Origin: Streblomastix strix
Lineage: Eukaryota
Assembly (NCBI GenBank): GCA_008636045.1
Contig: SNRW01000069.1
Location: forward strand, 1-32,537
Direction of reading: 5' to 3'
DNA: 32,537 bases
The notes below the pieces were generated by a model that was not told the origin of the DNA, made no database searches, and worked only from the letters and a program-made list of their open reading frames with translations. This document shows, piece by piece, positions 14,101 through 25,652 of this stretch. A program made the translations under genes and the position numbers. The first letter of the stretch is position 1. The number at the start of each line of letters is the position of its first letter.

Positions 14101-15509
14101 TATTATATTTATTTTAATTGCTATAATTATTAATTTCTTGGCGTTTAATGAACATCTGCAATTTGTTATTACAATTATAATACCTGCTATTAATTTCTTG
14201 GTGTAATTTGAATTAATGAAGCTTATTATTAAATCAATTATTATTGTTATTATGATAAGCTACGATGTAAAACAGGAAGACCTCGAGCGCTTAATTTCAA
14301 ATGTTATGCTTATTATTAGTTTTAAGAATTACTATTACCCAATTATTGAAGAGATTAATATAGTTGAGTAATTTATTATTATTAATTATAATTAATTTGT
14401 TGTATTTCATTGTTAATTTCCCATTCAAATGGGGAATCTAAGTCAATATTATTATTAGCTGCTGTCTTAATTATAGATTATAATATTAATGTGTAGTCTG
14501 GAACCTGTTATGGAATATATGACATAATCGCATTGTAAAGATCCTTTAATTCAGATGGAAATTCTTAATACAACTTTTATTGAATTTAAGTATTCTGCAA
14601 AACAGTAAAAATAAATAAGTAAGCAAGTAAATAGAGAAACAAAAAAATACTTGGTTAGTCATCTTATGTTTAGTTTCTAGAAGAGATTGGATTTCTACTA
14701 TTATGTTCATTACATCAATCAAATCAACCTCTGGTGTTTTTCCATTAATATTTTATTATTAATTCTAATTGGTAATTTAGGTTTGTAACGATCCTCGTGA
14801 TGTATCAGTGAAGTTAAATGGAGAGCATTCACTGAAATCAATTAAATAGAAATTACCTGAGGTTTATTATGTATTTCCTATCAAGAAATTTTTCTGGAAA
14901 AAATAAAGAAAATTTATTTAAAAGTCAAATTATAATAGCGATCCATACAGCAATAACAGAACCATGAACAAATCCAGCTTGATGGAGTGATTAAAGAGAA
15001 TCAATAGCCTAATACGCAAATTTCAGAAGAGTTTTCAGCGAAAATGTGAAAGATGGATGATTAAGCGCAAGATCTCTGAATAAATAGACAAATAAAAATA
15101 ATTTTCTATTACAAAAAATGTGATATATAACCTCAAATTTGGACCAAGCATTTATGTTACAATGTAGTTGAACTACCTGTGGCGGCCAGACTCGAAAATT
15201 TTTGCAAAGTGCTTCGTATCTGATTATAATCGAATTTAATTATTAAAATAATTAATAAAATAATTATATAAATATTATTTACTAACTTTATATCGATCCA
15301 ATTACATGATTTTCATTAGTTATGGCTATAGTAACAAATTCATCTTTTGCAACTTTCAGTGCAACAGATACTGCTTATTGATTGCCTTATAGTTTTGCAG
15401 AGTAGATGGTATAGTTGTGTCCAGCGGCTTAAATTCTTTCAACTACAAAGTTAATGCCAATAAGCTCCCCAACGAGGATAGGGCTGTTTAAATCATTTTT
15501 ATTGATCAT
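11121..15509 (-). CDS. Casein kinase 1 / tau-tubulin kinase-like probable pseudokinase with a long Gln/Asn/Ser-rich C-terminal tail
   Basis: ATG 15509 MINKNDLNSPILVGELIG... VALKVAK, HFAKIFESGRHRQFNYIVTQMLGPNL (CK1 LLGPxL), FSLKTLLKFAYQAIDSLQSLHQAGFVHGSVIA|KNFLIG, FYLIDFSE, FPSELKDLY...PDYTLIL...PFEWE (CK1 PDY and FDW-like motifs). There are 4 GT-AG introns. The last exon 14594-11121 is 1,158 codons with the first TGA at 11123-11121. Confidence 0.85.
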
Positions 15510-16099
15510 TGTAAGTTAACTACATTAATATTTTGGAAAATATAATATAAATACTAATTTTAAATTTAATGATATTAATTTAAACCTTGAATATTTTCTG
15601 TATTTGGTAAAAAATCCGAGCTTTGAGCAAAAAGCCATTTAAAATTAATTTAAGTAATTTTTGTTTTATTAAAAAATTAACGTTCTATGACATACATCTC
15701 ACAAAAAATGAAAATACTTATAAACACCTCTTGATAAATCTATAAATTTTAAATTTTGTTTTTAACATGCCCTTGGCATTAATCATCTTTTATTAAAAAA
15801 TTTTTGTACTTTAAATTATAACTCACTTATAGAAATTATATAATTTTGCTGTATTTATATACAGTCTAAGGACTTTTTCTATTATTAATATTTTTCAATA
15901 CAAATACTCCTGTATTTCGCTAAAAATTAATTTAAATTAAATTTTTCTTAGTTAAATTCTTTTAATATTTTATTATCTTTATATTTTTAGCAATATAAAA
16001 TGTTCATATACCTAACACTTCTCTTAATCGAAAGAATTTTATTTAAAATTTAATTTATTACTCATTTTCATTTTAATATAATAGTTAGAATATTTTATA

Positions 16100-19000
16100 A
16101 TGTTGAATGATCGTGAGCGTTTGACTCCGCACACATACGAAGACTGTTTGTTAATAATACTCCGATATTCCTATTTTGTTTACTAATTTTCCTATTTTTT
16201 TCCTCTATTTATTTATTTTATTTTAGATGAAATAATTGATGATTTAACAACTGGAGAATTAGGACGCGTATATGTTGTAAGATTGAAGGCGTTGCCAAAT
16301 AAATTGTGGATAATGAAGCGTTTAAGGTATCTTAAAGAGAAAGATAAAAGAATTGCTGACGAAGAAGTTGAAATGCTTAAATTAGCTGGATCTAAATACA
16401 CAGTGAGATTAGTTGAGAAATTTACATTCGATGTTGATCTCTGCGTCGTGATGGAATACTGTGAGGGCGGGAATCTGCGTGAGCTGATTAAGAAGATGAA
16501 GACTCAAACTATAAAGAAAAGAAAAGAAGTATTTTATCATTTTTATTATTTAATTGATATTCATATATAATTGGTACACATAATTTTATTTCTTATTTAG
16601 TAAAGCTACTATATATTCTACCAAGTTTTGATGGGATTAAAGCATTTTCATTCACTTAGGTTAACGCATCGGTTTGTGAATAAATTTTTCAAATCACTTT
16701 AATTCATTCAATTTTTTTTTTATTTTTTTCTACAAAAATTTAAAATCAAATTAATTTTAGTGATTTAAAACCTGAGAACATCTTTTTGGATTAAGATGGA
16801 AATGTTAAAATAGGCAGTTTTGGTTTGGCTTTGAAGATTGAGAGCAAGTCACAAGTTAATGCAGCTGGAATATAGTATGCAATCATATCAATTAAATAAT
16901 GAGCTTTATTAATATAAACATATATTTTCTATATTTATTTATATTTTACTTTTCTATACTTTACTATTATTTATAGAAATTAGCAACCTTCTGAAGCGCT
17001 CAACTTCAATTAGTATGGATTAATAACAAATTCCAAATACTTTTGAAAATTAAATATATTTTATTTTCATTTTAAATTCATTTTCTTTATATTAAATTAA
17101 ATTTATATTATAAATATTTATCATTATCAGATATTATCTACCTCCTGAAGCACATGAACAGAAATAGTATGATATAAATAATTAATACATAGAAATAAAT
17201 TGTATTTAATAATTCCATATTTCAAATATATTCTTAATCGTCATCAAATTTAACTTTTATTAATTTAATAATTCAGGTTGACAGAAACCAGTGACATTTG
17301 GGCATTGGGTGCCATTGTTACAGAATTATTAACAGGTGTTCATCCTTTCCAAGGTCGAACATTGGATGAAACAATTTTAAATATCAAAAATGGAAGATTC
17401 AAAGCACTTCCAGATTTTGTGAAAGGTGAATTGAAAGAGATGCTAATATCCATGATAAACATTGTATGTTAATTATTAAGACTTGAAAATCTAATATTTT
17501 TATTTAAACTATCATAATTTTGCCATTTAATAATATTTATTTTAATTTTATTTTTAAATAATAAATTTAATTTTAATTAAATAATAATTTTTTTAAATTA
17601 ATTTTTTATTAAATTTCAGGATCCTTTAAAACGACCTTCTACTGAAGAGCTTCTTGATTCTGATCTAATGATACTTATTGCAAAGATTGAGAATGAAAAA
17701 GAGTAGAGTTAAAAAGTTCAGACATTAGAATAGTAGAAGAATGATGCAATTGAGAAAACTCGAATTGCTGAGAACCAAGTTCTCTAATTGGAATAATAAA
17801 ATAATGAACTGCAACTTCCATGTTCAGTTTTGAAATAGATTGGAGAAGATTTGAAGAAACTACTATAAGGAACAGATGAGGAGAAGAAGTAACTACTTGA
17901 AGTATAGGAAACTGACTGCAAACTCATATAACGGGCATTTTATGGGAAAAAGGATGATATTGGAAGAAAAAGAATTATTTAATCAGGAGTAATTGAAGGA
18001 TTTAATAATGTTTTTGAGAATTATGATCTAAATTTAATCACACGAACATATTCATAAGCATTCTTCAATATCGCAAACAATTCAAACAATGAAATCATAC
18101 ATCTCATTAACAATAAGAAACCATATCCTGGTCTTATTCGTCTTCATGAACATACAGATAAAGAAATTGCATGTGATGCAATTGTTTCCATCTTATTAAT
18201 TCTTCAAGCTGGAGCCGACTCAACATCAAAATCAGATCCACATCCACACTATGAATCAGTTCAGTAATGCGATGGAATAAAGAAGATTTTTGCTTAGTTT
18301 AAAAAGAATGAGAACAAATACAGCAGAGACCGATCAGCATTGTGTATAGGATTCCTCTTCAAAGCTCGAGAGATCACTGATCAAACGATGAGAAAAGAGA
18401 TTATTGGCCATCTAAAAATTCTTCTGAGTGGTTCTGATGCATGGGTGAAAAAGAGAGCAAAAGATGCGTTATAGAACCTTGCACAAAATGATGGTATGTT
18501 TTATTAGGGAAATTAGTGTTTAATATTAGTTAATTTTATTATATGTAACCACATTTAAATTGTTTTTTTACTCTTTTTTATATTTCAAAGCAAACCGATC
18601 TGAGATTCTGAATGAAGATGAACTGAAAAGAATTGAATAAGATCTGAAATAACAAATTGAAGGAACAAATGAATAATAAAAATCAATACTCCAGAGGCAA
18701 GAAACAGATCTTGTGCTTCTTTCAACTATATTATAAGGTCGAAATGATGATGAACTTCGTAAACGGATTATTTCATCTGGAATTGTTGAAAATATTCTCT
18801 TCATATTCACCAACAGGGATTTTAATTCAATCACTCGAACATATTCATAAACATTCTTCCAACTGACAAATCCAGCTGGCGATGAAATCAGACTTCTTCT
18901 TATAGAAAAGAAACCTTATCCTGGTTTGATTCGTCTTCATGAACATACAGATAATTTGTTAGCAGGTGATGCAATAGCATCAATTATGAATATTCTTTCT

Positions 19001-19401
19001 ATCGGGAGATCCACAACACCAAATTCAGAACCACATCCGCATTTCGAAGCAATTTAAGAATGTGGTGGAATAAACAAAATCTTTGAATTGTTCCACAGAG
19101 CAGATGCAAGCAAAGACATTAAAGATCGTTCATGTATTTGTCTTGGCCGCATTTTCCATGCTCAAGAGATTACTGATACAGCCATGAGACATGCGATAAT
19201 ATCTCATTTGAAAACGCTGATAAACGATTCTGATACTTGGACAAAGAATAACGCTAAATTAAGATTAAAAGGTTTAGCATTAAATACAGGTATGATTTAA
19301 ATATTTGAATGAATAAAATAAATATTTAGTTACTATTTATTTCATATGTACCAGTAAATAAAGCAGAGATTGAAGCTGGAGGTTTTACCATACCCGAGTG
19401 A
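16100..19401 (+). CDS. NEK/CAMK-like Ser/Thr kinase domain + short coiled coil + two ~230-aa ARM-like helical repeat units
   Basis: ATG 16100 MLNDRERLTPHTYED|YEIIDDLTTGELGRVYVV...IMKRL...EEVEML...VVMEYCEGGNL...HR|DLKPENIFLDQDGNVKIGSFGLA...YYLPPEA...SDIWALG...DPLKRPSTEELL. Two homologous units follow (~17820-18493 and ~18590-19289) sharing QETD, RIIxSGxxE, ITRTYSQxFF, KKPYPGLIRLHEHTD, PHPHxE, DRSxxCxGxxFxAxEITDxxMR and HLKxL. Canonical GT-AG introns; stop TGA at 19399-19401. Confidence 0.9.
16977..17012 (+). other. 36-nt kinase subdomain VIII micro-exon, copy A (NQQPSEALNFN)
   Basis: tttatag|A AAT TAG CAA CCT TCT GAA GCG CTC AAC TTC AAT TA|gtatgg; phase 2-2. Confidence 0.75.
17131..17166 (+). 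other. 36-nt kinase subdomain VIII micro-exon, copy B (YYLPPEAHEQK)
   Basis: ttatcag|A TAT TAT CTA CCT CCT GAA GCA CAT GAA CAG AAA TA|gtatga; phase 2-2, same length as copy A. Confidence 0.85.
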
Positions 19402-19489
19402 GTTTTAGAGTGCTATATAAATTTTAATTATGTTTTCATTTCAAGTTCAATCCAATTTTTATAACATTAAAATGTCTTAATTTATTCAA

Positions 19490-20500
19490 ATTTAACAATC
19501 ACTATTCTGAATTGAATCGATGCATTTCACTTTTGAATTGCATAGAGCTGCAACATCAAACTACTGTCATATTTTCAATAAATCGTAAATCGTATTTTTT
19601 GATTCTTGATCTAAGTCCAAACCCGCCTAAACTAATACCACCTCGACTTTGACTTTTATTTTATCTCACCAGAAGCCATAATCCAATAGTTTCTATTGAA
19701 TAAGGTACTGCCATCTATATCTCACTTAATGGAGGGAAACGAATTGTCGATTAATATCCATGTAATAATTTAGATCCAAAATATGGTAGCGTTTTTTTAT
19801 GAGATTTATGATGGAGACATAATAATTTTTTACTGGCATTAAATTATCTTATTTTTTTGAATTGAGAAATGTTATTTTTCAAACATATAAATCAAGTATT
19901 CTTTTTATCTTGATATTTACTAAAAAAATGATTTTTTTGTAATTTTTTATTTATTTTACATTATATTTAAATACTTTATAATATTCTCATATCTAATATT
20001 AAAATGACTTAAAATTCTAATATTTTTTAAAATTCTATATGGATTCAAATATTTTTATTATTATTTGTGAGTATTTCATAAATAAATTTTATTTTAAAAT
20101 CTTAATCGAAAAAATAATTGGCATTTTTAAAAATTTTTCACCAACATATTCTGTTATCTAAAGCTTAAAAAATTCACAGGAATCAAGTGCAAATTAAGGA
20201 AGAATCTATGAGAAAAGTTGTTCAGAATAGAAAACTTCCCTTCAAAATTCTCCATCAAAAAATCCTGAAGTAATCAATTGAGCTAATGATGGTATTGATT
20301 AAATTTATGACAGTTTTCCAGACAGTTTTAATCAAGTTTCTTGATTTCATAATAAATTTTCTTTGTCCTTCTTCTTCTCATCTAGTTTTTCACTTCATAA
20401 TTTATTTCAAAATTCTGTATATATATTTTTTTAAACTACATTTTTTATTTGCAATTCCTCTTCTTTTTCCATCATTTTAGATCTAAATGATGGAAATTGA
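19490..20500 (-). pseudogene. Possible short decayed coding remnants, family unknown
   Basis: GC-elevated patches give protein-like reads (HKKTLPYFGSKLLHGYQSTIRFPPLSE...; IQSIPSLAQLITSGFFDGEF*REVFYSEQ), interrupted by TGA and with ambiguous frames. Confidence 0.25.
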
Positions 20501-20759
20501 TCTTGAAATCAGTCTTTTTTTTAAGAAAAATTTTGGAAGAAATAAGAATTTTTTCTGATGAAACATTATAATTAAAATTATTTTTGTATAGGAAAATTTT
20601 TCAATTAATTATCTTTTATTAATTCAAATGTACTCTTATAAGTATTCAGTTGCTCGGAGAGATTTGTTAAGTATCTTCAATTAATTTTTCATTATATAAT
20701 TTTAAAAATATAATTTTAATATTTTTTTAAAATGTTAAATTATTAATATTCATTATCAC

Positions 20760-22904
20760 AAACATCAATTCCGGATATCAGTTGTTCATTTGATTGATAT
20801 AGAGAATCAAATACTAATACTGATTAGACTCATAGTAGACCAGGATCTGGAATAGTTATAAATAGACAAATGAGTGAATAATATCAATACGATTATAGTA
20901 ATTGAGAAAGAGAAAGATATTGAGAAAGTGATAGGGAATGAGATAGTGCAGATAGTGGAGGATGAATAACTGCTAATCCTGTTATTGATATATTCCCCTC
21001 AATTGATACATTTGAAATCATTTCACTGACAAGGTTTGTTAGATATAATTAGTTTATTTGAAAAAAAAATTTTTTAAATATTTTTATTTATTAATTTATT
21101 AATATTAACATTAGATCTCGAAATTTTATTCATATGAATATAATCTTATTTCAACTAGAAAATGAACCAAGTACAGATCCAATTGAAAGAAAAATGGCAC
21201 TTAAATGATCAGATTTTCTCAACATTAGTTAATCTTATACATTTATATGGAAATGAACAAGATCCATCTTAAATAAAAATTTTTCACAATCTTATAAGCT
21301 GCAATTACAATCAGATTCAAGAGCTGTTTATGGAAATTCCTTAAATGAATTTAGAGAATAATCAGATCAATATTATTAATTTTGTAATAGATAATTCTAT
21401 TTATCTCCTGGTCCATAATCTCAGCCTCCTGAATTGAAGTAGAAGAAGGCATTTGCAATTTCTGTACGTCTCGTATATCGTATTGTTTATCATCTCCTCT
21501 AATTGAATCAATAATCACATGAAAATACTTTATAATAATATGTAATAATAGCAATGATCATAATGCAATCAGAAGATACAGTTTCAGATATTAATTTCAA
21601 TTCTACATAATACTCTCTGAATTCTACACCATAAATTGTATAAGAATATTATATTCTACTTTTCTGGAACTAATAAATGTATATTTAATATTCTATTTGG
21701 AGATTTGGATCATTATAGTGACTAAATAATTCATCCATATTTCTAGGTTTGGTTTTGTAAAAATTAGGCCTACAAAATATTTTATATAATTTTTCATTTA
21801 ATATTTATTATTAATTATACATTTATTTGATTTTATTTAAATTTATAGGAACTCGGCAGGTGTGAATGTGTAGAAAAACTCTAGTAACTCTTCATTGGGG
21901 GATGGGTTCTATCAATACAATAATCAGCAGCTATATCATTGGCATACTTATTCAAATCATCACCACTTCCTCCTTAGTTTAAACCAATTATTGGATCCAT
22001 CATTTCATAAATAGAAACACTGTGTAATAGTGGAGATTAGGCCATGTAGTTATATAATGGCAGATAATAAATATATGGAAGTTCATATGGACAACATAAT
22101 TAATAGGATTAATTACACAGAAAGTGATAAACTTGCTTATTTCATAAAGTAAAAAGGATGAAAGATTGCAAAGTTAAATTGTCTTGCTGGCCATTAGGGT
22201 ATAATAATTAAATAATATATTTTATTGATTGTTATCATGTTTTTATCATAACTATTTAAAATACAGCCAACCATGCCGAGATTATGCGTAGCAGTTGTAT
22301 TCACATTGTTATGGGAAATCTATCTGATCCAACTGGAACAAATGTATATGAAATACATTTCTAAATTTATTATATCTTTTTTTAATTGAATCTCCTAAAT
22401 TTGATATATATAATATATTCTTTTTCATATTGTCATGTTTTAGAGCAATTTCTGATGCCAAATTGCAAATATCATCATTTATCTTTCTGAATTCGACATA
22501 AGGTGTGAATTAGACTCACACATCTCAATAAAAGTTAATTTAATTATCAATTATCTTTAAATTTATACTTTCATTATTATGGATATGTCCTAATTATCAC
22601 CAATTTGGACGTTCAATACCATCACGAAAAGCTATTAAAGATTAATTTTCATAGTAATAAGAAAATAATAGACTCAAAATCGTCATGATAATGAATTTAT
22701 TTTTTATATTTCTTCATTTTGAGTAAATTATGCTTTCATTTCTTTGATTATGCTCTGATTTATACCTATATAGAGGTATATTAAATATGAGGGATGCTAT
22801 TAATAGTTTATCTTCATAAAAATTTGTAAGAGTACAAACTTTGAATCAAAAAGAGTGAAGTTGCAACGAATGCTAAAGATCTATTAAACAGACTGAATAA
22901 ATGA
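20760..22904 (+). pseudogene. Decayed intron-containing gene with ARM-like helical repeats
   Basis: Exon-like blocks bounded by AG/GT read ELGRCECVEKLQQLFIGGWVLSIQQSAAISLAYLFKSSPLPPQFKPIIGSIISQIETLC (from 21849), NHAEIMRSSCIHIVMGNL (~22270) and a terminal SEVATNAKDLLNRLNK-TGA (22904). These resemble the repeat unit of the upstream kinase. There are several in-frame TGAs and frameshifts. Confidence 0.55.
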
Positions 22905-23127
22905 ATTTGTAAGCTATTTGGACAAAATAAAACATTAAAATAAAATAAAATAAAAAACAATCATTTCATTCTGATTTTATTACCACACAAAGTTTCAACC
23001 TCACTCTTTATTGTTCGAGATGCTAATCATGAAATGCTCTGATTTTAGCCTTCTCCTATGGATCAGAAAAATCAAAATAAATTCGCGTTTATTGCACACA
23101 CGCACATCTATTCAACATTCAAGTGTC

Positions 23128-24117
23128 ATGTCCAATGCGGATGACGATGTCGTTATTAAACCCAAAACAAAGAAACTATTCGAAAAGCTGAAGAATGTCA
23201 TAAAGATATTTGACGAAATTGACGACATTGATGATTTTGCGAAGAAAGTGTCGAAATATAAACGTGCTGACGAAGTGCCATCAACCGATAGTGGATCTGA
23301 ACGAAGTACAAGTGATCATATCATGTAATACTATCGAAAGAACACGAAACGAAGGAGAAAAATTTAATTGGCAGATTGCGAACATTCAATTAAATCATTT
23401 CCTCATTTAAAGCATTTAAAGCATACATAGAGCAGGCATAGGAAAAGAAATAAGAAAATCAAACACAATCCAGAACGGAAACGTTAGTATTACCCTTCTG
23501 AAAATTCTTCGAGCGATTCTAGCACAGCGTCCAGTAATTACTCTTCAATAGATGATGACATTGTGCATAATGATTTGAGAAAGATTATAGGCGATTCAAT
23601 ATCTCATTATATGCCCTTAGTCTATAAGTTTTCAATTTCCAGAATTGAAAAAGACATTCTGACTGTCAAACATGATAAGATAGACTTTCTTACTGCAGAT
23701 AGACCTCGAAAATTGGAAGAGAATGATGATGATGATGCTGCAAAATCGATAATACAAATTGCTGCAACTACAAGATCTGTCTTTTTGAAAGCAAATGTTG
23801 CTGCGAAATCTCCTAAATAGTGGTAAATGCTGAAAATCTGATAGTGAGAACGTTCAGACTGTCATAGTAAATAATAACCAATGCTTAAGCTGCTCGAGAG
23901 TTTCTTGTTCTAAATGAAAAAGACAAATTTCTCAAAGCAGCAAAACAACCTCCTGGAGTTATTCGTGATTCAGCCTTTAAAAACTTGAAAAGTAGGTGCG
24001 AATCAACGTAAAGCCTTATTGTTGGTGGCGAAAGACGTAGCTGGACTCCACAGTCGCGAGGTAGGAGACGAAGAATCAATAAGAACTTCACATAGAACCC
24101 AAGAACTGCTAAATGAA
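23128..24117 (+). pseudogene. gag-like ORF1 of the DIRS element (one frameshift near 23815)
   Basis: MSNADDDVVIKPKTKK... is open with TAR=Gln to ~23838, then continues in a shifted frame (NAENLIVRTFRLSQQIITNAQAAREFL...SRGRRRRINKNF) to TGA ~24117. The gag assignment is positional only. Confidence 0.6.
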
Positions 24118-24121
24118 AGAG

Positions 24122-25610
24122 AAATCTGATGAAATTGGAGTGAGATTAATGAGAATCCGAGAAGCATGGACAGCTATTGGAGCAGAAAGACAGATGATTA
24201 TGGGAATAATGCCTCTCCAGATTAATGAAAATAGCAAACAAATCCTCTAAAATATATCATATCCCACACAATCTGGAGGAAACCTGTTTCAATATCATCT
24301 TCTTCTTTAAGAAGAAATTCTTTAGAAAATAGTTATTTAAATTAATCCACTTTACGTTCAACTTTCCCTCTCAACCTTTTATAGATCTAACTGAGATGGA
24401 AGTAACCGAAAGATTCTCGATGCAAGAGCAATCAACGAATAAGCAAAGAAAATTCATTTCAAAATGACATCTTCTTTCGATGTACAACAAGCTCTTCTCA
24501 AAAATTCATATCTATCCACAATCGACATTATATCAGCTTTCAATCATATCACCGTGCACCCTTCACTCCAACCATATCTGGGATTTTAAGTAGAGGATCG
24601 TTCATATGTCTATATCGTCATGTCATTTGGGCTCAAGTTTTCCTCCGCTGTCTTTACCAAAACCCTTTAGTTGGCGTTGGCAGCTATCAAAAACGGTGTA
24701 ACTTCTACAATTCTTCAATATTCAGACGATATCTTAATAATAAGTTAAAGTCCATATGAATCTGTTAAAATACTTAACTGATAAAGAATAAATTGTAAGA
24801 TTTCAGTAAAATATTTAATAATAAGAAATCAGTGATGGAATCAATGAAAAAAATAAGTTATCTAGAGTGGATTTGAAACATGGAAGAAATAATAGATAAT
24901 ATTCCTCTAGATAGATAGATTAAGCTACAATTCCAATTGAACCTCCTCATTCATTATACTTAATAACGACTGCAAGTTCAGAAATGGTCTCTAGCAAAAA
25001 TTAATTGAAAAGTTATAGTTCCTCAAATTCCAATTTCAACTGGCATCATTTCATCTAATTAAGTTGAATTGCTTAAAAGATAAAGCAATTCACAATTGAG
25101 GATGGGATTCGACTCTTCGACTCAAGCATATAATAATATCAGAGCTTTATTGGTGATACTCGATAATAACACAAAATAATCCCTTATATCTACAAAAGAA
25201 GATATAATATACTGCAATTCTAATAATCGACCCAATTAGTGCTGAATGAGAACTGAACTGATTCTGGATTAAGCTGAATAGCTGCAAGCTTCAACATAGA
25301 AGAAACTAATGAGTCTTAGATCTAGCGATTGGAGAGAAGCGAGAGCAATTCTATATTCGTTGAGAAAGTTCAAACTATAACTTGCGGGCATAGTTCAATT
25401 GACATTTTAGACGGATAACCAAGTTGCTGTTATGAACCTTTAACAGAAAGCATTTACAGCCCCACTAGCAACAATTATGAGACAAATCTTCCAAGAAGCG
25501 ATTCAAATGGGATTAATGTTGCATGCAGGGTATATCAAGGAAGTGAATAGTAGATAACTGAAGCCTTGAATAGACTCGAACTGGCAAGATATTATCAAAA
25601 AATAATAAAA
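24122..25610 (+). pseudogene. Reverse transcriptase + RNase H of the DIRS element
   Basis: RT motifs: IGVRLMRIREAWTAIG, *DGSNRKILDARAINEQ, HFKM, TIDIISAFNHITVHPSLQPYLGF, MSFGLKFSSAVFTK, QYSDDILII (YxDD at 24719-24730), NNKKS...YLEWI*N. RNase H motifs: SSDWREARAILYSL (25321), QTDNQVAV, EALNRLE. Confidence 0.92.
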
Positions 25611-25652
25611 TACCTGACTACCGCCCTCCTATAACTAGGTCTCACTCTACAC

